A stretch of DNA of 62,843 nt, filler included, from Perkinsus olseni (Eukaryota), in the NCBI GenBank assembly GCA_013115125.1. It is 35 parts of 35 records of this genome, joined end to end, with 100 filler letters (N's around TTAATTAATTAA, not from the genome) between each part and the next. Parts side by side here need not be neighbours in the genome. Positions count along the whole stretch, not along the records: positions 21,954 to 23,671 come from JABANN010001774.1; positions 23,772 to 25,487 come from JABANN010001775.1; positions 25,588 to 27,298 come from JABANN010001776.1; positions 27,399 to 29,107 come from JABANN010001777.1; positions 29,208 to 30,910 come from JABANN010001778.1; positions 31,011 to 32,713 come from JABANN010001779.1; positions 32,814 to 34,513 come from JABANN010001780.1; 28 more parts are not named here. One strand, 5' to 3'. Shown here piece after piece: positions 22,651 to 34,513 of this stretch. Position numbers and translations under genes: made by a program. Position 1 is the stretch's first letter, and each line of letters starts with the position of its first letter. A model generated the notes under the pieces. That model was given only the letters and a program-made list of their open reading frames with translations, had not been told where the DNA came from and did not search any database.

Positions 22651-23771
22651 AGAGCATTGGCGTGGGTGCACAAAAACGCTCACCAATTTTGGCGAATTCC
22701 TCCTCACTGGTTTGTTCACAACACGAAACCTTTTTATTTAGATGGCTACCCAGTTGAACTGGGCCACTTAGTCCTCTGCTAACCCTGTCGCGGAGCTCGC
22801 TGTGGGTCGAGTACGATTCTGCATCTGAGTAGCGTGCTACAGGCTTACCACGCTACTGTACAAGTACTTTACCGGATTCGCCTCATGATTTTTATGAGTC
22901 ATACCTCATTGACGCTCAAAGGTTGCGTTGTCCGAGTCGCTGGGAAATTCAGCGGATCTGAAGTTAAAGGAAATCACAGAAGCTTCGAAGTCAGCAGCCC
23001 TCATCCACGCTTCGATGAATAAACTTGGCAAAAGACACTTGAGTCTCAGGTCTGAAGACTCGAGACAAGAAGCCTGATGTTTTGTCTTTATCAGCCTTTT
23101 CATGGTTGAAAAGAAGGGTTGGATCGAAACCAGCGCCCCTTTATTATATATCTATTTACTATTTAGTTATAATAAACCTACTATTTTATATATCAATACT
23201 AAATATAATAATTTATAAATAGTTGATACAGAATGCACTAACGATAGTAGGACAAGTCCGAGATTGACGAACACGATAGGCCGGGAAGAGCCAGTACATG
23301 AAAAGGAGCAACTGCGAGAATAGCTAACTCGTAAAGATCGATCAACTTTATATGTGTACGCATATGCATTGGCGGGCCGAACCTGGACGGCTCTACTAAC
23401 AACTCTAACAATCAATATATCACTAAATAACTAACATACGTTTCAGCTTCGACCTGCCATGGTAACCATTCCAGACGCTAAGGGGCGCTGAGCGTCCACC
23501 TATTGTATGTCCCCTTCAAGAAAGAGCTTCCTTTGCACTTCAAGTTCGCCGAGGGCAGCCTTAGATTTCTCTGACACTTGTCGAATCTACTTTGTAGACT
23601 ACAGTCGTCCAAATAATTCGCAACACCTTCTGGTATCCCTATACGTTTCGCTTCGTAACTCGTCCCAGTTGNNNNNNNNNNNNNNNNNNNNNNNNNNNNN
23701 NNNNNNNNNNNNNNNTTAATTAATTAANNNNNNNNNNNNNNNNNNNNNNNNNNNNNNNNNNNNNNNNNNNN

Positions 23772-24084
23772 GCTCTACGGACCTGGTGACCATGATGACA
23801 GAGCCTCAGTGGAGCAGCGCGTCGGAGATATGCTCGGCTTCAGTGCCACCACGGTTGGGCTGTGGAGCAGGGAATATGAGATAGCTGGGCAATTCGCAGG
23901 TGGCAGGCGGGGACAGCACCCCAAGACCCGGAGCCCGATCGGCAGTCCTGAGTTTGAAGACTTCCGCCAGCAACTCCGGACCTACATAAGGACCGAAGCT
24001 GTGGGAAAGGGAGGTAAGCCGAACTTGACCGTGAAGGACATCGCCCGGCGGATCAACAACGAGCTGTGCCTTCCTGAAGAATGA
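23772..24084 (+). pseudogene. DNA-transposase-like HTH fragment
   Basis: MLGFSATTVGLW...GQHPK...LRTYIR..A..KG.PNLTV resembles transposase N-terminal DNA-binding regions. Confidence 0.35.
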
Positions 24085-24142
24085 TATCCTGCCTAGTACT
24101 GGGGCCCCTAACTGGAAGAAGTTCTGTCGCGAAGTTGGTTAA

Positions 24143-25312
24143 GTGTTGGACGAGCCTGCCACACCGGTCGCATTGAGGAAGGCTAAGCACACTCTGGACG
24201 GCAAGGATCGGGTTACGGGACTGCCTGTGATGGGTGACTCCATGGAACGTCCGTTATGCCCCGAGGATGATGCTGGGCGCCGTTATGAGTGTCATGATAG
24301 GCATGCTCATGCAGTGCGGGCCTTGCCTGAGTTGGGAGCAGACTGTTGCCCAAGATGGAGGAACTGCACCACTGATGCTCAAGCGAAGAGGGCAGTATTG
24401 GCTTATGGTACTCCCTGGTCGGATCCCACTGTCCGCCAGGGTATGTGGGGTTTGCCTATTGCCTGGTCGTCTGAGACAGTTCCCTTGAGACAGGTTACTA
24501 TGGGTACACGTTGGGTGATCAGTGTTGAGCCTAAGCCGCAGAGGTCAAGACCATCACGTTATGACGGCTATGACCAGGAGCCTGATAGTGGGGACGACGC
24601 CACGGACCCCTACCCTGAGTTGCTCATGCTGATTGCGGCCTGTGGTCAAGTGATGTTCCCCGACTACGTGTACTACTGCCTGTGCTGCTCCCGGGTTGTC
24701 AAGTTGCCTGAGGATCCCAAGGCGAATCCCTTGGATGTCCTGTGGGTACACTTCGCTGATGACCGTCATGCTGGGCGACAATATAACCGGGTGCCTCCTC
24801 CTGATGCTAGGGGAAAGCCTGGTATGTTCCCGATGGCGTGGATTACTCATCCGGTGTTCGCGGACTCTGCCTGTTCCGCTTACAATATGATGGATGGGCT
24901 GTGCATCGACGAGTTGCCTGTGGAGGCGAGACCGTTGGCTACGGCGATGCAGTATGAGTTGGACCCCCGCTACCATTCGGTCTATGTCCACCACGGCCTG
25001 AAACGCCTCTTCATCTTCCGGGCTGGAGACCCTGGGTTCTGCCCTCGGCCTGCTACGTCCGAAGACTTGGGTCCGTTCGTCTTGCCTGAAGGGACATGTC
25101 CGTTCAATCCTGTCATCGCAATGGCTCTGGCTCGGTTGTCGGGTAATTTGGACGACTCTGGTGTCTCCGCTGTCAGACCTGATGCTCCTGTGGAGGCTCC
25201 TGTAGAAGCTTCTGTGCCTCATGACTCGCCTGCTGCGTTGGTTCCCTATACGGCTCCTACGATGACGGTTCCGGCTTTGATGATTCCGGACCAGGGTTAT
25301 GTAATTCAGTGA
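24143..25312 (+). CDS. Hypothetical Cys/His-containing protein, probably element-borne
   Basis: 389-aa intronless ORF; YCLCC...H....RH resembles a C2H2-type motif; Pro/Ala-rich tail. Confidence 0.5.
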   Translation: MLDEPATPVALRKAKHTLDGKDRVTGLPVMGDSMERPLCPEDDAGRRYECHDRHAHAVRALPELGADCCPRWRNCTTDAQAKRAVLAYGTPWSDPTVRQGMWGLPIAWSSETVPLRQVTMGTRWVISVEPKPQRSRPSRYDGYDQEPDSGDDATDPYPELLMLIAACGQVMFPDYVYYCLCCSRVVKLPEDPKANPLDVLWVHFADDRHAGRQYNRVPPPDARGKPGMFPMAWITHPVFADSACSAYNMMDGLCIDELPVEARPLATAMQYELDPRYHSVYVHHGLKRLFIFRAGDPGFCPRPATSEDLGPFVLPEGTCPFNPVIAMALARLSGNLDDSGVSAVRPDAPVEAPVEASVPHDSPAALVPYTAPTMTVPALMIPDQGYVIQ

Positions 25313-25587
25313 AATCTCGCGGGCGAAATTTCAGAGTGAAATATTTCATGAAATTTCGTCAAAAATTTCATGAAATATGAAATTCTGATTTTCGGGCGCG
25401 CGCTAACGCGCGCTAGAACTTCTAACTATCGAGGAGTCTTTTCTTATTCGTATTGGCGGCATTGGCGGCGGATTAACGGAGTTGGTCNNNNNNNNNNNNN
25501 NNNNNNNNNNNNNNNNNNNNNNNNNNNNNNNTTAATTAATTAANNNNNNNNNNNNNNNNNNNNNNNNNNNNNNNNNNNNNNNNNNNN

Positions 25588-27298
25588 CTCTTCATCTGGA
25601 CTATCAGTGTTTGTGCTGCCACTGGCACTGAGTGTACGGACACCTTCACTGGGGTTGCTGGTGGTTTTCCCTTCACCATTGCAGTGAGCCATCTCATCCC
25701 CACTACTCCCGACAGCGTGACTGACTGCAGGTCAATTGCCCCCCATTAGGATGTGCTAATTCCAATGCATCCGATACCAGGATTAAAATAGTCGACCACA
25801 GCTACGACACTGGGTGGGATGCTCGGCTTGTCCGACTGTTACTCATTATCCGAGATGAATCCACGTGTTCCTCAGGTTACCAAGCTATGCTGACCTACAT
25901 CATTGCAGAACCGCCAACGAGACCAGCGACCTCGTAGCCCCTCATTGCTCCTCGCCGACAGACTGCCGGACAGCCACGGCGATGTTCCACGGAAATCGTG
26001 TTTTCGAAGGCTTTTCTTTCACGGGTATGCGACTTGAATCCTGCCCATTCTCCTCCCACCGTTCCCATCATCAGACTGGGTGTCGTACAGTGGGAGCCAA
26101 CGCTATGATGTATGCTATTGTGATGGCCATTGTCCAAGTTCAGCGAACTGGCACAAGGTGACTGGTCGAATTTGGGACGGCCGTAGACTCAGCATCACTT
26201 CAAGGTTGGGGAGTTCGACCGAGAGTCCCTCCAACTTGTCCGAGAGCTGGGGTCCCTAGGGCCCCCGATGGCAAGATCTCAACCCGGTAAAATGGCTGTC
26301 TTCACGAGAGCCGACTCAACCGCGATACTACCGCTGGGCATGCATGCTGAGGCGAACACCTACCACCCCATTATCGGGATCAAGTAGCCCTAACACCTCT
26401 GCCAGGCTGTTTAAAAGATGTGTCGGAATCGATAGTCCTAAAGTCCACGCTGCACCCACTAGATGGCGAGATACTCACGAGATTCTTTGATAAGTGCTGG
26501 GAATTCACGAGGAGAGGTTTCAATGCGGTCGCTACAGGACTTCCAATAGCTGTCAATCACTATGAACTAGTGCTATGCATCCTGAATGAAGCGCGCTTAT
26601 CAAACAGTGGCAAGAGGGGGACGTTTCCTTCGTCTAGGTCTGACCCGGCCTACTCTCTCGGCCATGCAGACTGCCAACGAGATCCCTTCGAGATGGGTGA
26701 GATATCACAGGAGGATACATTCTCTCTACACAGAGGTGATGGGCAGCCAGCAGGCCAGCTGGACGCTACTTCCTCTAGGTGTCCAACTCTCCGATGCCAT
26801 CGTATTCGATGCGGGCGTCGCCTCCAATACTGTTACACTACACACCCCTGGACCAGTGGTTGTGTGCTACTGTCCCTTAGCCGACAGTCAGGGCTGTCGC
26901 GATGGCAGTTTTTGGAGGGCGGCCTTGCGGTGAGCGGCTACCACCAGATGAGGCCATCTACGGCATCCTAGCAGGTTCACGGTATCCGGTCCTACAGGAT
27001 TGAAGGAGTTCATTTTCTCGGCCCACGTTCCTGTCCGGTTCGAGCTCGAGGGTCACGGGCTGTCATCAGCCCCTGGCTACCTCAGACTCATCCAACCAGC
27101 GGAGAATTGCAGCTCCAATGATGGTCACCACTTGACGAGTCCTCCTTCCGAGAAGTTGTCTTCCCTCAGGAAACCCAAACACGGGCCTCGGAAATCTATA
27201 TATCGGTTGCCCTGACCATTGCGCTGGTGTCACTGATGTAGGGGGGTCCGAGAGCAACGTCCCGCTCCAAGGCCGCGACGCGGATCATGTCCGGTAGT
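25588..27298 (+). CDS. Internal exons of a large hypothetical multi-exon gene
   Basis: Short exon-like segments with GT/AG boundaries and repeated Cys-containing units (e.g. VVCYCP, LRLIQPAENC). Confidence 0.35.
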
Positions 27299-27974
27299 NN
27301 NNNNNNNNNNNNNNNNNNNNNNNNNNNNNNNNNNNNNNNNNNTTAATTAATTAANNNNNNNNNNNNNNNNNNNNNNNNNNNNNNNNNNNNNNNNNNNNAA
27401 GGTGAGTCGAGCCGAGAGGCCGCGCTCACTCGAGTGATGCTGGTTCCAACAGTGAGTGTGGTTCGTCGTTGCAGATACCAGCCGGCAAAGATTCAGATCC
27501 GCTTCAGACCAAAGGAAGCTATTTTCTACCGATCGAGATTTCGCATCGACTGTCTCCACGGAGGCCGACCTACTGATGTTATTCTGCAAGTAGCGCTGGG
27601 TCGCAACACTGAGTTTTGACGTTTGTTTCTCAGGGCTGCGGATCGTTCGATGAGCAGGATGACCTTCGGATTGATGCGGGTAGGGATCATTTCGTGAGGT
27701 GTTCCCCGTGGTGACGGTTACGACCGGACTGCAACGTCGCCTGCCGCCTCTGTTTCACCCAGGTCTTCTCATTGGAGAGCAAAAAGCCACTCCAGCAGCA
27801 TGGCTCGGCATGTAAAAGTCCGTATTCTCGTCAACTATTCTATTCGTGTCGTGTTTGAGTCGTTGGTACACATACACTTTAACAGAACACGTTACGCAGC
27901 ACCGCGTTGATTTTGTTTTCACCATCCTGTACGTTCGTCCAATATCAATAACGCGAGACGTGCCGCTCCAATGA

Positions 27975-29107
27975 GAAGTCATGAACGACCGAACATGTTC
28001 TGCAAGTCTCTGAACGTGCACAAGACGGTAGTCTCGAACTCGATAGAGGCATCAAACGCGCCCTTCTCCACCTCCCTAGCCTCGATCCTTACTGGCGGCT
28101 CTTCGCCGCTGTTCACACGAACAACGAAGGTTCCGCGACCGAAGGAACCTGCAAGAACCCAGTGTAGAGGTTCGACTTCCCTGCCTAGTGTCCGGAATCG
28201 GTTTGGACGACTTTACCTGGGATGTCGGTCTTCGGCGGCGGGAGCCCCGCAGGTGAAGATGCGATGATCTCTCCAGCGCTCAACGGTTCATCTGTGCTTT
28301 CCGAGCTTCCCAGCTCCCATACGACAACAAAATGGAAATCGTAGAAGGGCACCCTTTTGCTGTTGTACGTCACCACCCACGCCTCTCCTTCAAAATCAGA
28401 GAGGTCCACGCAGGTAATGCGCCCGATATCCGCTACCACACTCTTACCCTAAAGTAGATGGAATTATGGAGGACATCTCGTTCGCCCCACCATCAGTTCC
28501 TGAGTAACCCACTCCACGACAGGCTCCCACAAGTCGGCCGTGCCGGAGCTGTAGGCTCGGACCTCAGCCCCAGAGGGTACAGAGAGCAGGCGTGTCTCGC
28601 CGCTGGCAGTTCTTCTCTCCTCCCTAGGTGGATTCGATGACACACAAGACAGTCAGCCCGGCAAGCTCTCCACCGATCTCTTTTATCTAGTAGCGTTCTC
28701 CGCCGTTCGTGAACGCCAAGCTCCTCGCGGAATGCGGCAGAGTCGTCGAATTCGACCTGGCCATCCAGGGGCTCACCGGTCACAGCCGCCAACATCTGAG
28801 CTACACCCTCGACCAAGTGAAGGTAAAGATTCTGGACTTGAGCACCTCGTGTTGAAGAGTTGCGGCTAGTTCAGCTTCTTCCGAGACGCCCTCGTCGGGA
28901 TCTGAGAATTCAAAATGGTGCGGGGTCATCGGGACGGAGAAGCTGAGAAGACTAAGGAGTTAACTCGGAGGGAAAGCCGTACTTCGGTCGTCGTAAAGCA
29001 TATTCTTTTCCGAAGGCCGACAGTCGGTGACATCAGTCAAAACCTCAGCCTTGCTCTCAGCAGTTCTGGAGTGGCCAGAGCGCTTCGCCTGTGGGCAACC
29101 GTGATGA
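27975..29107 (-). CDS. Protein containing an Aha1 (Hsp90 ATPase activator) N-terminal-like domain, multi-exon
   Basis: GRITCVDLSDFEGEAWVVTYNSKRVPFYDFHFVVVW matches the Aha1_N GEA....RKGK....YE......W pattern. Confidence 0.55.
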
Positions 29108-29279
29108 NNNNNNNNNNNNNNNNNNNNNNNNNNNNNNNNNNNNNNNNNNNNTTAATTAATTAANNNNNNNNNNNNNNNNNNNNNNNNNNNNNNNNNNNNN
29201 NNNNNNNCATAAGTCCTATAGAAGGCAAGGTTGTGTTCAACAATCCTAGTGGTGCTTTCTATCACAATCATCCGAGAAG

Positions 29280-30910
29280 ATGTCAGGGCGATCTCCTAAG
29301 GCTGATGCTTCTCAGACTTCTGAGGCTAATGCCCCTCCAGTTTGGGCCTTCCAGCTTAAGCAACAGCTGGATGAGATTCGTCAGCGACAAGATGGTATGG
29401 TTGACGTTGATGTCTTGGAGAAGAGAATGGATCAGCTTTCTACTACAGTTGGTAGTCTGGTTAACAAGTTGGATGGTATTGGACTGCATGGTCAAAGTGT
29501 TGATGGTAGTAATGGTATTTCTTCTGGTACTGGAGCCTCGAGTAGTCCAACGAGTGCTGGTAAAGGTGATCATTCTCCAAAAGGCGGTAGTGCTGATGCG
29601 GGTGGACTTGATATTCTCAAGATTTCTAAAAGGGCTTCTAATTTGGCTAAGCTCGAAAAAGGTGTCTACAAAGGTGTTGGTGATTCTCGTGGGTTTTTGG
29701 CCTTTAAACGAGAGGTGTTATCTAAACCGGAATTTGAGTTTGCGGACTCTAGTTCTGAGACCTCTGCTGCTCTGTTGTATTTCTATGTCCTCGATAATAT
29801 CACTTCGGCATTACAACAGTTGGTCAGCACACGTTGCCGTAAGCAGCAGTGCTCATCGTTTGTGCGGCGCGTTGAGGTATTATGGTCATGCCTTGGTGAG
29901 TACAGCGACTTGGATGACCAAATGGCTCTCCTTAGAAGATGGGAGGGTCTTAGTTGTGGCACTGGTGGTGCTGCTGATGTCGATGTTTTTATATCCAATC
30001 TGGAAGCTGTCAAAGAACAATTGGAAACTGTCAAGGGCAGCTCCGTTTCGGACGTGGAGTGCCGCTCAAGACTATATGCCGGGTTGCCTCTCAAAGGTAA
30101 GGAGTATTTGGATTCCTTATCGTTGGATTCTGTTTCCACCTATACTGATATGTTGAAGGAGGTACGGCGTTGGGCTCAGTTGGATATTAGATATCATTCG
30201 TCGTCGTCATCGACTACCCGAACTGTCACTAGTAAGGTTCCTTTTAAGACCACTGCTGGTAAGAATGGTGACAAAGGTTCGGCTAAGACTACTGTTCCTA
30301 AGACTGCTCAATATGCTGAATTGTATAATGCGGAACCGGTGACTGGTAATGGTGGTCTCACTACGGCAACTGACGGCGATAAGGTGTTGAATGGTGGTCG
30401 GTCAGTTTTCTTATCTGGCGTACCCCGTGGTTGGTCATGGGCTCAGGTTAAGGAACTAGTGAGCAAAATACTTGGCACAAGTGTCGAAGTTTTTGTTACA
30501 CTTCTTTCTCGTCCTGGTGCTTCAGTGTTGAAATTCAGTGATCATAATACTGCTGTCAAGTTTTTGGACTCTTGCCAGGGTTTACGACTGAATGGTCGTC
30601 AGCTTAGATGTCACTTTGATAAATATGAGCGACCTTCTGAGGACCCGTCTGTCTATGTATTGGAAAGGGATCCTTCTGTGGTTGACGCTACTACTGATGA
30701 TGGGACTTCATCGGATAGCGGTGAGTTAGAATGTCATGCGACTGTGCTTCAGTCTGTTGGTGTTGATCGGTTGAACCCTCGTGATGAGAAGTTATGCTCT
30801 CCTGGTCAGGAGCCGAGCTTACACGCTCAGTCGTTGACATTATCTGAGAGTGGGCTCCCTCATCTAGCTGTCTCGTTGGGACGGACTGGTTATGGCACGG
30901 AGGCCTTGGT
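29280..30910 (+). mobile_element. gag: LTR-retrotransposon gag with an RRM, in frame with the start of a protease
   Basis: N-terminal coiled coil, gag-like core (DVDVFISNLEAVKEQL...LYAGLP), RRM at about 30399-30620, ending in LPHLAVSL...EAL, the typical lead-in to DTG/DSG. Confidence 0.7.
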
Positions 30911-31360
30911 NNNNNNNNNNNNNNNNNNNNNNNNNNNNNNNNNNNNNNNNNNNNTTAATTAATTAANNNNNNNNNNNNNNNNNNNNNNNNNNNNNNNNNN
31001 NNNNNNNNNNCCCTAGTGGTTGTCTTGGTTAGGTATCAAGTGGCTGGAGGAAGGGCAGCGGAAGTCCCTGGAACTCCGTAAGAGAGTTTTTGACGGATCG
31101 TAAAGGCCGTGGACTACTCTTACAGATACAGTCGACCGGGGCCCGACGCCCTGTGCGAGGTGTCTCCGATGCCGCTGCAGGGTGCAGGGAGCAGCCCTGG
31201 AAGATGAAGTTGGGAAGCAGGAGGCTGCGAGTGATGGGAGTAAGTCCTACACCCTTAGTTTTCCTCTGGCGAATCCTCGGTCGTTCCATTACTATATTAC
31301 ACTGTTAGAATGATACAAGCATGTATTCTCTAATATTCGCTACGAAGGTGTATATTCCTC

Positions 31361-32641
31361 ATGGGCTGCGTCCTCAGTATCCCAGTCTTTACCTCAGATG
31401 GAAGCCGGAAGAGGAGCCCAGAGATCCGTGACCTGGAAGGCCGTGACCGACAGCAAGGGCGAAGCTTTCTGTACCAATGCTCGAGGTCGAGTGCTGGCAG
31501 CTATGGGGGCGTGGACAAACAGGCTCTTTCCACTGCCATAATCGAAGCCAACGAGGCTCTGGGAAAGACCTTGACCTACTTCTCGATATTTTGCGACCAA
31601 AACGACATTTACTTCGTGTTGAAGTACGAGACTCCGACCAGATGGAAGCAGCTTGCCGATACCCTCCGCAACGAGTACGGCATCTCCACCTCGGTCAGCT
31701 GTGCCATACCCAGGCCAGGGTACAGGACCTGTATGTACCCCGTGTTGTTCTCCTACTGCCTCGAATTGGACCCCAACCCCTACCTATCCCCCAATCACCC
31801 CCACCCCAGCAGCCTCCTCGGGGACGGAGAGAGGCAGGGCTCGAGGGCCAGACGGACTCCAGCTTTGGACGGGGGTGGTCTGCCGGCACTCCCACCTTCA
31901 AGAGGCGCTGAGGAAGAGGGCAATGTCCCTAATGGCGGCGGAGCTCCCGCTGTGAAGCCGGGGGAAGGTTCCCAGTCGATCCTTGATGAGTCTGCGGGCT
32001 GTGTAGAAGGAAGCCCATTGGATAAAGTGGAAGAATGTTTGGAGAGGGGGTGCATTTGTCGCCGCCCCGCCCTGTGGCTGGAGCGGATATCGTCTTTAGT
32101 TGTGCGGAATCTTGGGGACGAGGGAGCGAAGCAGCTGAGAGAGGATATTCGGCAGAACTTGGAACAGGGCCGCTCAAAGGAGACTAATGTGGTTATCTAC
32201 GGTGTGGCCTCCAGTGGCAAGTCCGCCATCCTGCGGCCTCTGACTCACATCTTGAAGTGCGCTAAAATCTCCGAGGCTGAGGGGATCTCCCTTGAAGATT
32301 TACTCGACTGTGAGTGCATCTTGTGGAGTCACTTCTGCGTGGAAGATTTGGGCGACAACTTCGATATGACGACGTTACTCGAACTCCTCGATGGCCGCCC
32401 GGTTAAGATGAACTGCGACCAGGGGAATAGTGGCTCTTTTTTCGACAAGTTGGTGCCGATTTTCCTGACGTGTGATGCGTTCCCTGCCCCCTTAGAAGTT
32501 GAGGGCGGACAGGCCTTACACGAGAGGCTTCAGCGGTGTCACTACTTTCCGTACAAGATGGTGCCCGAGGAGCGGGGGAAGCCGTTCTTATCTTGCAACC
32601 GGTGCTTTGCTGAGTGGCTCTTTGCTGATACACTAGCTTGA
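31361..32641 (+). CDS. CRESS/parvovirus-type Rep-like protein (degenerate HUH domain + SF3 helicase)
   Basis: Walker A GVASSGKS, Walker B-like ILWSHF, B' LLELLDG.PV, motif C PIFLTCD, arginine-finger region ALHERL, terminal CxxC; N-terminal FLYQCS / IYFVL / RW..L...GI / YC. Confidence 0.72.
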   Translation: MGCVLSIPVFTSDGSRKRSPEIRDLEGRDRQQGRSFLYQCSRSSAGSYGGVDKQALSTAIIEANEALGKTLTYFSIFCDQNDIYFVLKYETPTRWKQLADTLRNEYGISTSVSCAIPRPGYRTCMYPVLFSYCLELDPNPYLSPNHPHPSSLLGDGERQGSRARRTPALDGGGLPALPPSRGAEEEGNVPNGGGAPAVKPGEGSQSILDESAGCVEGSPLDKVEECLERGCICRRPALWLERISSLVVRNLGDEGAKQLREDIRQNLEQGRSKETNVVIYGVASSGKSAILRPLTHILKCAKISEAEGISLEDLLDCECILWSHFCVEDLGDNFDMTTLLELLDGRPVKMNCDQGNSGSFFDKLVPIFLTCDAFPAPLEVEGGQALHERLQRCHYFPYKMVPEERGKPFLSCNRCFAEWLFADTLA

Positions 32642-32813
32642 CCTCAGCATCAATATTTGTGTTTCCTTTCTACTGCGGTTTAGTTTATGTCAATTCGTCC
32701 GACCATCGTCTCCNNNNNNNNNNNNNNNNNNNNNNNNNNNNNNNNNNNNNNNNNNNNTTAATTAATTAANNNNNNNNNNNNNNNNNNNNNNNNNNNNNNN
32801 NNNNNNNNNNNNN

Positions 32814-34513
32814 GTCGCGGAGAGAGTAATATCGCTTGTTGTGGGCGAACTGACATTGATCACAAGAACGGCAGACCTCAATGGCAAGCTTCCTCAAGCC
32901 CTTGACGAAGAATGCCCTGGAGAAGATCCATCGAACATACCTCGCGTTGAGACACCCTGAGTCGTTGTGATATGACCGTAGCAACCTCCTAGCATAGTCG
33001 ATACCATCCTGAGAATCAGAGGGAACATAGAAGCAGAGACGTGAAGAGCTGTTCCATGTGTTCGAACGACAACGTCGCATGAGCACACCGTCTCCCGCAA
33101 GCACGAACTCTAAGTCGTTGGGCTCCGAAGCACCGTCTGCCCCCCTGATCCTGTCGATGATGGCCGATACCTCCGGCGAGCCACGCTGAAGGTCCAATAA
33201 CCTTTTTCGATCCGGTTGACCGGCCCCGACGCGGAGATCGTCGGGAACGCGTGGAGCATGATCCTCGGAGATGGCAAAAATGACCGCCGACACCGTGTCG
33301 AGCTCACCGGCCTCATCCGCAACAGTGGACTGCGAGCCCGAGCCCGCGAGAGCTTGAGATGGCAAGGGGGTGATGACCTTGCGCGCCGTGTTTGCCGCGC
33401 CCTTGGACCCCTTGAACCGACCATCGAAGATGACGACCTGAGGAATATTCCAGGAATGTGCCAAACGGCTGAGAATATCAGCTTGAGAGTTCTGCTCGGC
33501 CGGGAAATGTTCCACTACCGGATGGATATCATAACGTCGTGCCCAAACCTCCTTAAGGTCTGCCACTGCATCACACAGCCTGGAGATTGCAATCCGTTCG
33601 ATCGAGCGACTGGTCATCCTCTCACCGCCCCGCATCCAGGAGAGGGCAGTCCGAGAGTCAGTCAGGAACCGTACCGTGAGACCATTGCAGTATGGTATCA
33701 GAGCGTCACAGAAGACGAAGGACAGACCGAGGCAGTATGCTTCTTGACGGTTCTGGTGCCACGACACTTGGCTGCCGCGCCAGCACTTGGCCTTGCCGCA
33801 CAGAGCAACCTGCCCCCCTGAGGCAGTACCGATGGAGAGACAGAAGCCCATACCGTATGGGGAGGCGTCGGTGGTGATAGTGAGTGTGGTGCCCGAGAAA
33901 GCGATGTCATGCTGACAGAGCTCATTACGTTCGGCCAACCGAGAACAGGCGATGGTGATTGTCTGAGCATCCTCCTCGCTGATCGCAACCTTCTCGTCCC
34001 AAGAGGTAGGCGACCATTTCCCCGACGCACGTCTTATCAGATCAGCCGCTAGCGACCCCTCGGGATGGAGGCCTAACACATCGTAGCCAGCACCTGCCCA
34101 CCGAAAGGCTTCACGCTTGCTGACGAGGTCCCCGGCCGACAGTTTCCTAGGAGAGAGCGATGAAGGAAGACACTGCAGACGAATGGTCCGTCCACCCTCG
34201 CACCGGACGCATAGGAACCGAACTCCTAGGTGACGAAAGTCGTCGAAGTCATCACAGAAGCCGTCGCTACCGAAGAAGACCCAATGGGTCTTACGCTCCG
34301 AGAAGGTGAAGCCCCAGGCCGCACCGGTCGCGATGATGGCGGAATAAAGGCTCTTGACTGCCACCACCTCTCCAAGCAATGTGATATCATCAACATAGGC
34401 CCAACAGTAGAGTGGCGGTTTGTGATCGTCCAACTGGCTGTGCTCGACCTTCGCCACCGCGGCGGTGAGCAACCCCGACATGGCTTCCTCAAGGATGGCT
34501 GGTCCTGCCCGAT
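32814..34513 (-). mobile_element. pol: BEL/Pao-like pol: RT, RNase H and start of the integrase zinc domain
   Basis: AYVDD, YDVLGL, TTDASPYG, NRQE, LTDS, ADILSR, H...G...CDQC. Confidence 0.85.

Noticed and set aside
22062-22741. Proline-rich antisense ORF and Ala/Val-rich alternative-frame ORF
   Set aside because: Shadow frames of the GGN glycine repeat; the same applies to 4918-5252.
23105-23132. Possible minimal hammerhead ribozyme (TGAAAAGA...CGAAAC)
   Set aside because: Lacks the CUGANGA core and a convincing stem II.
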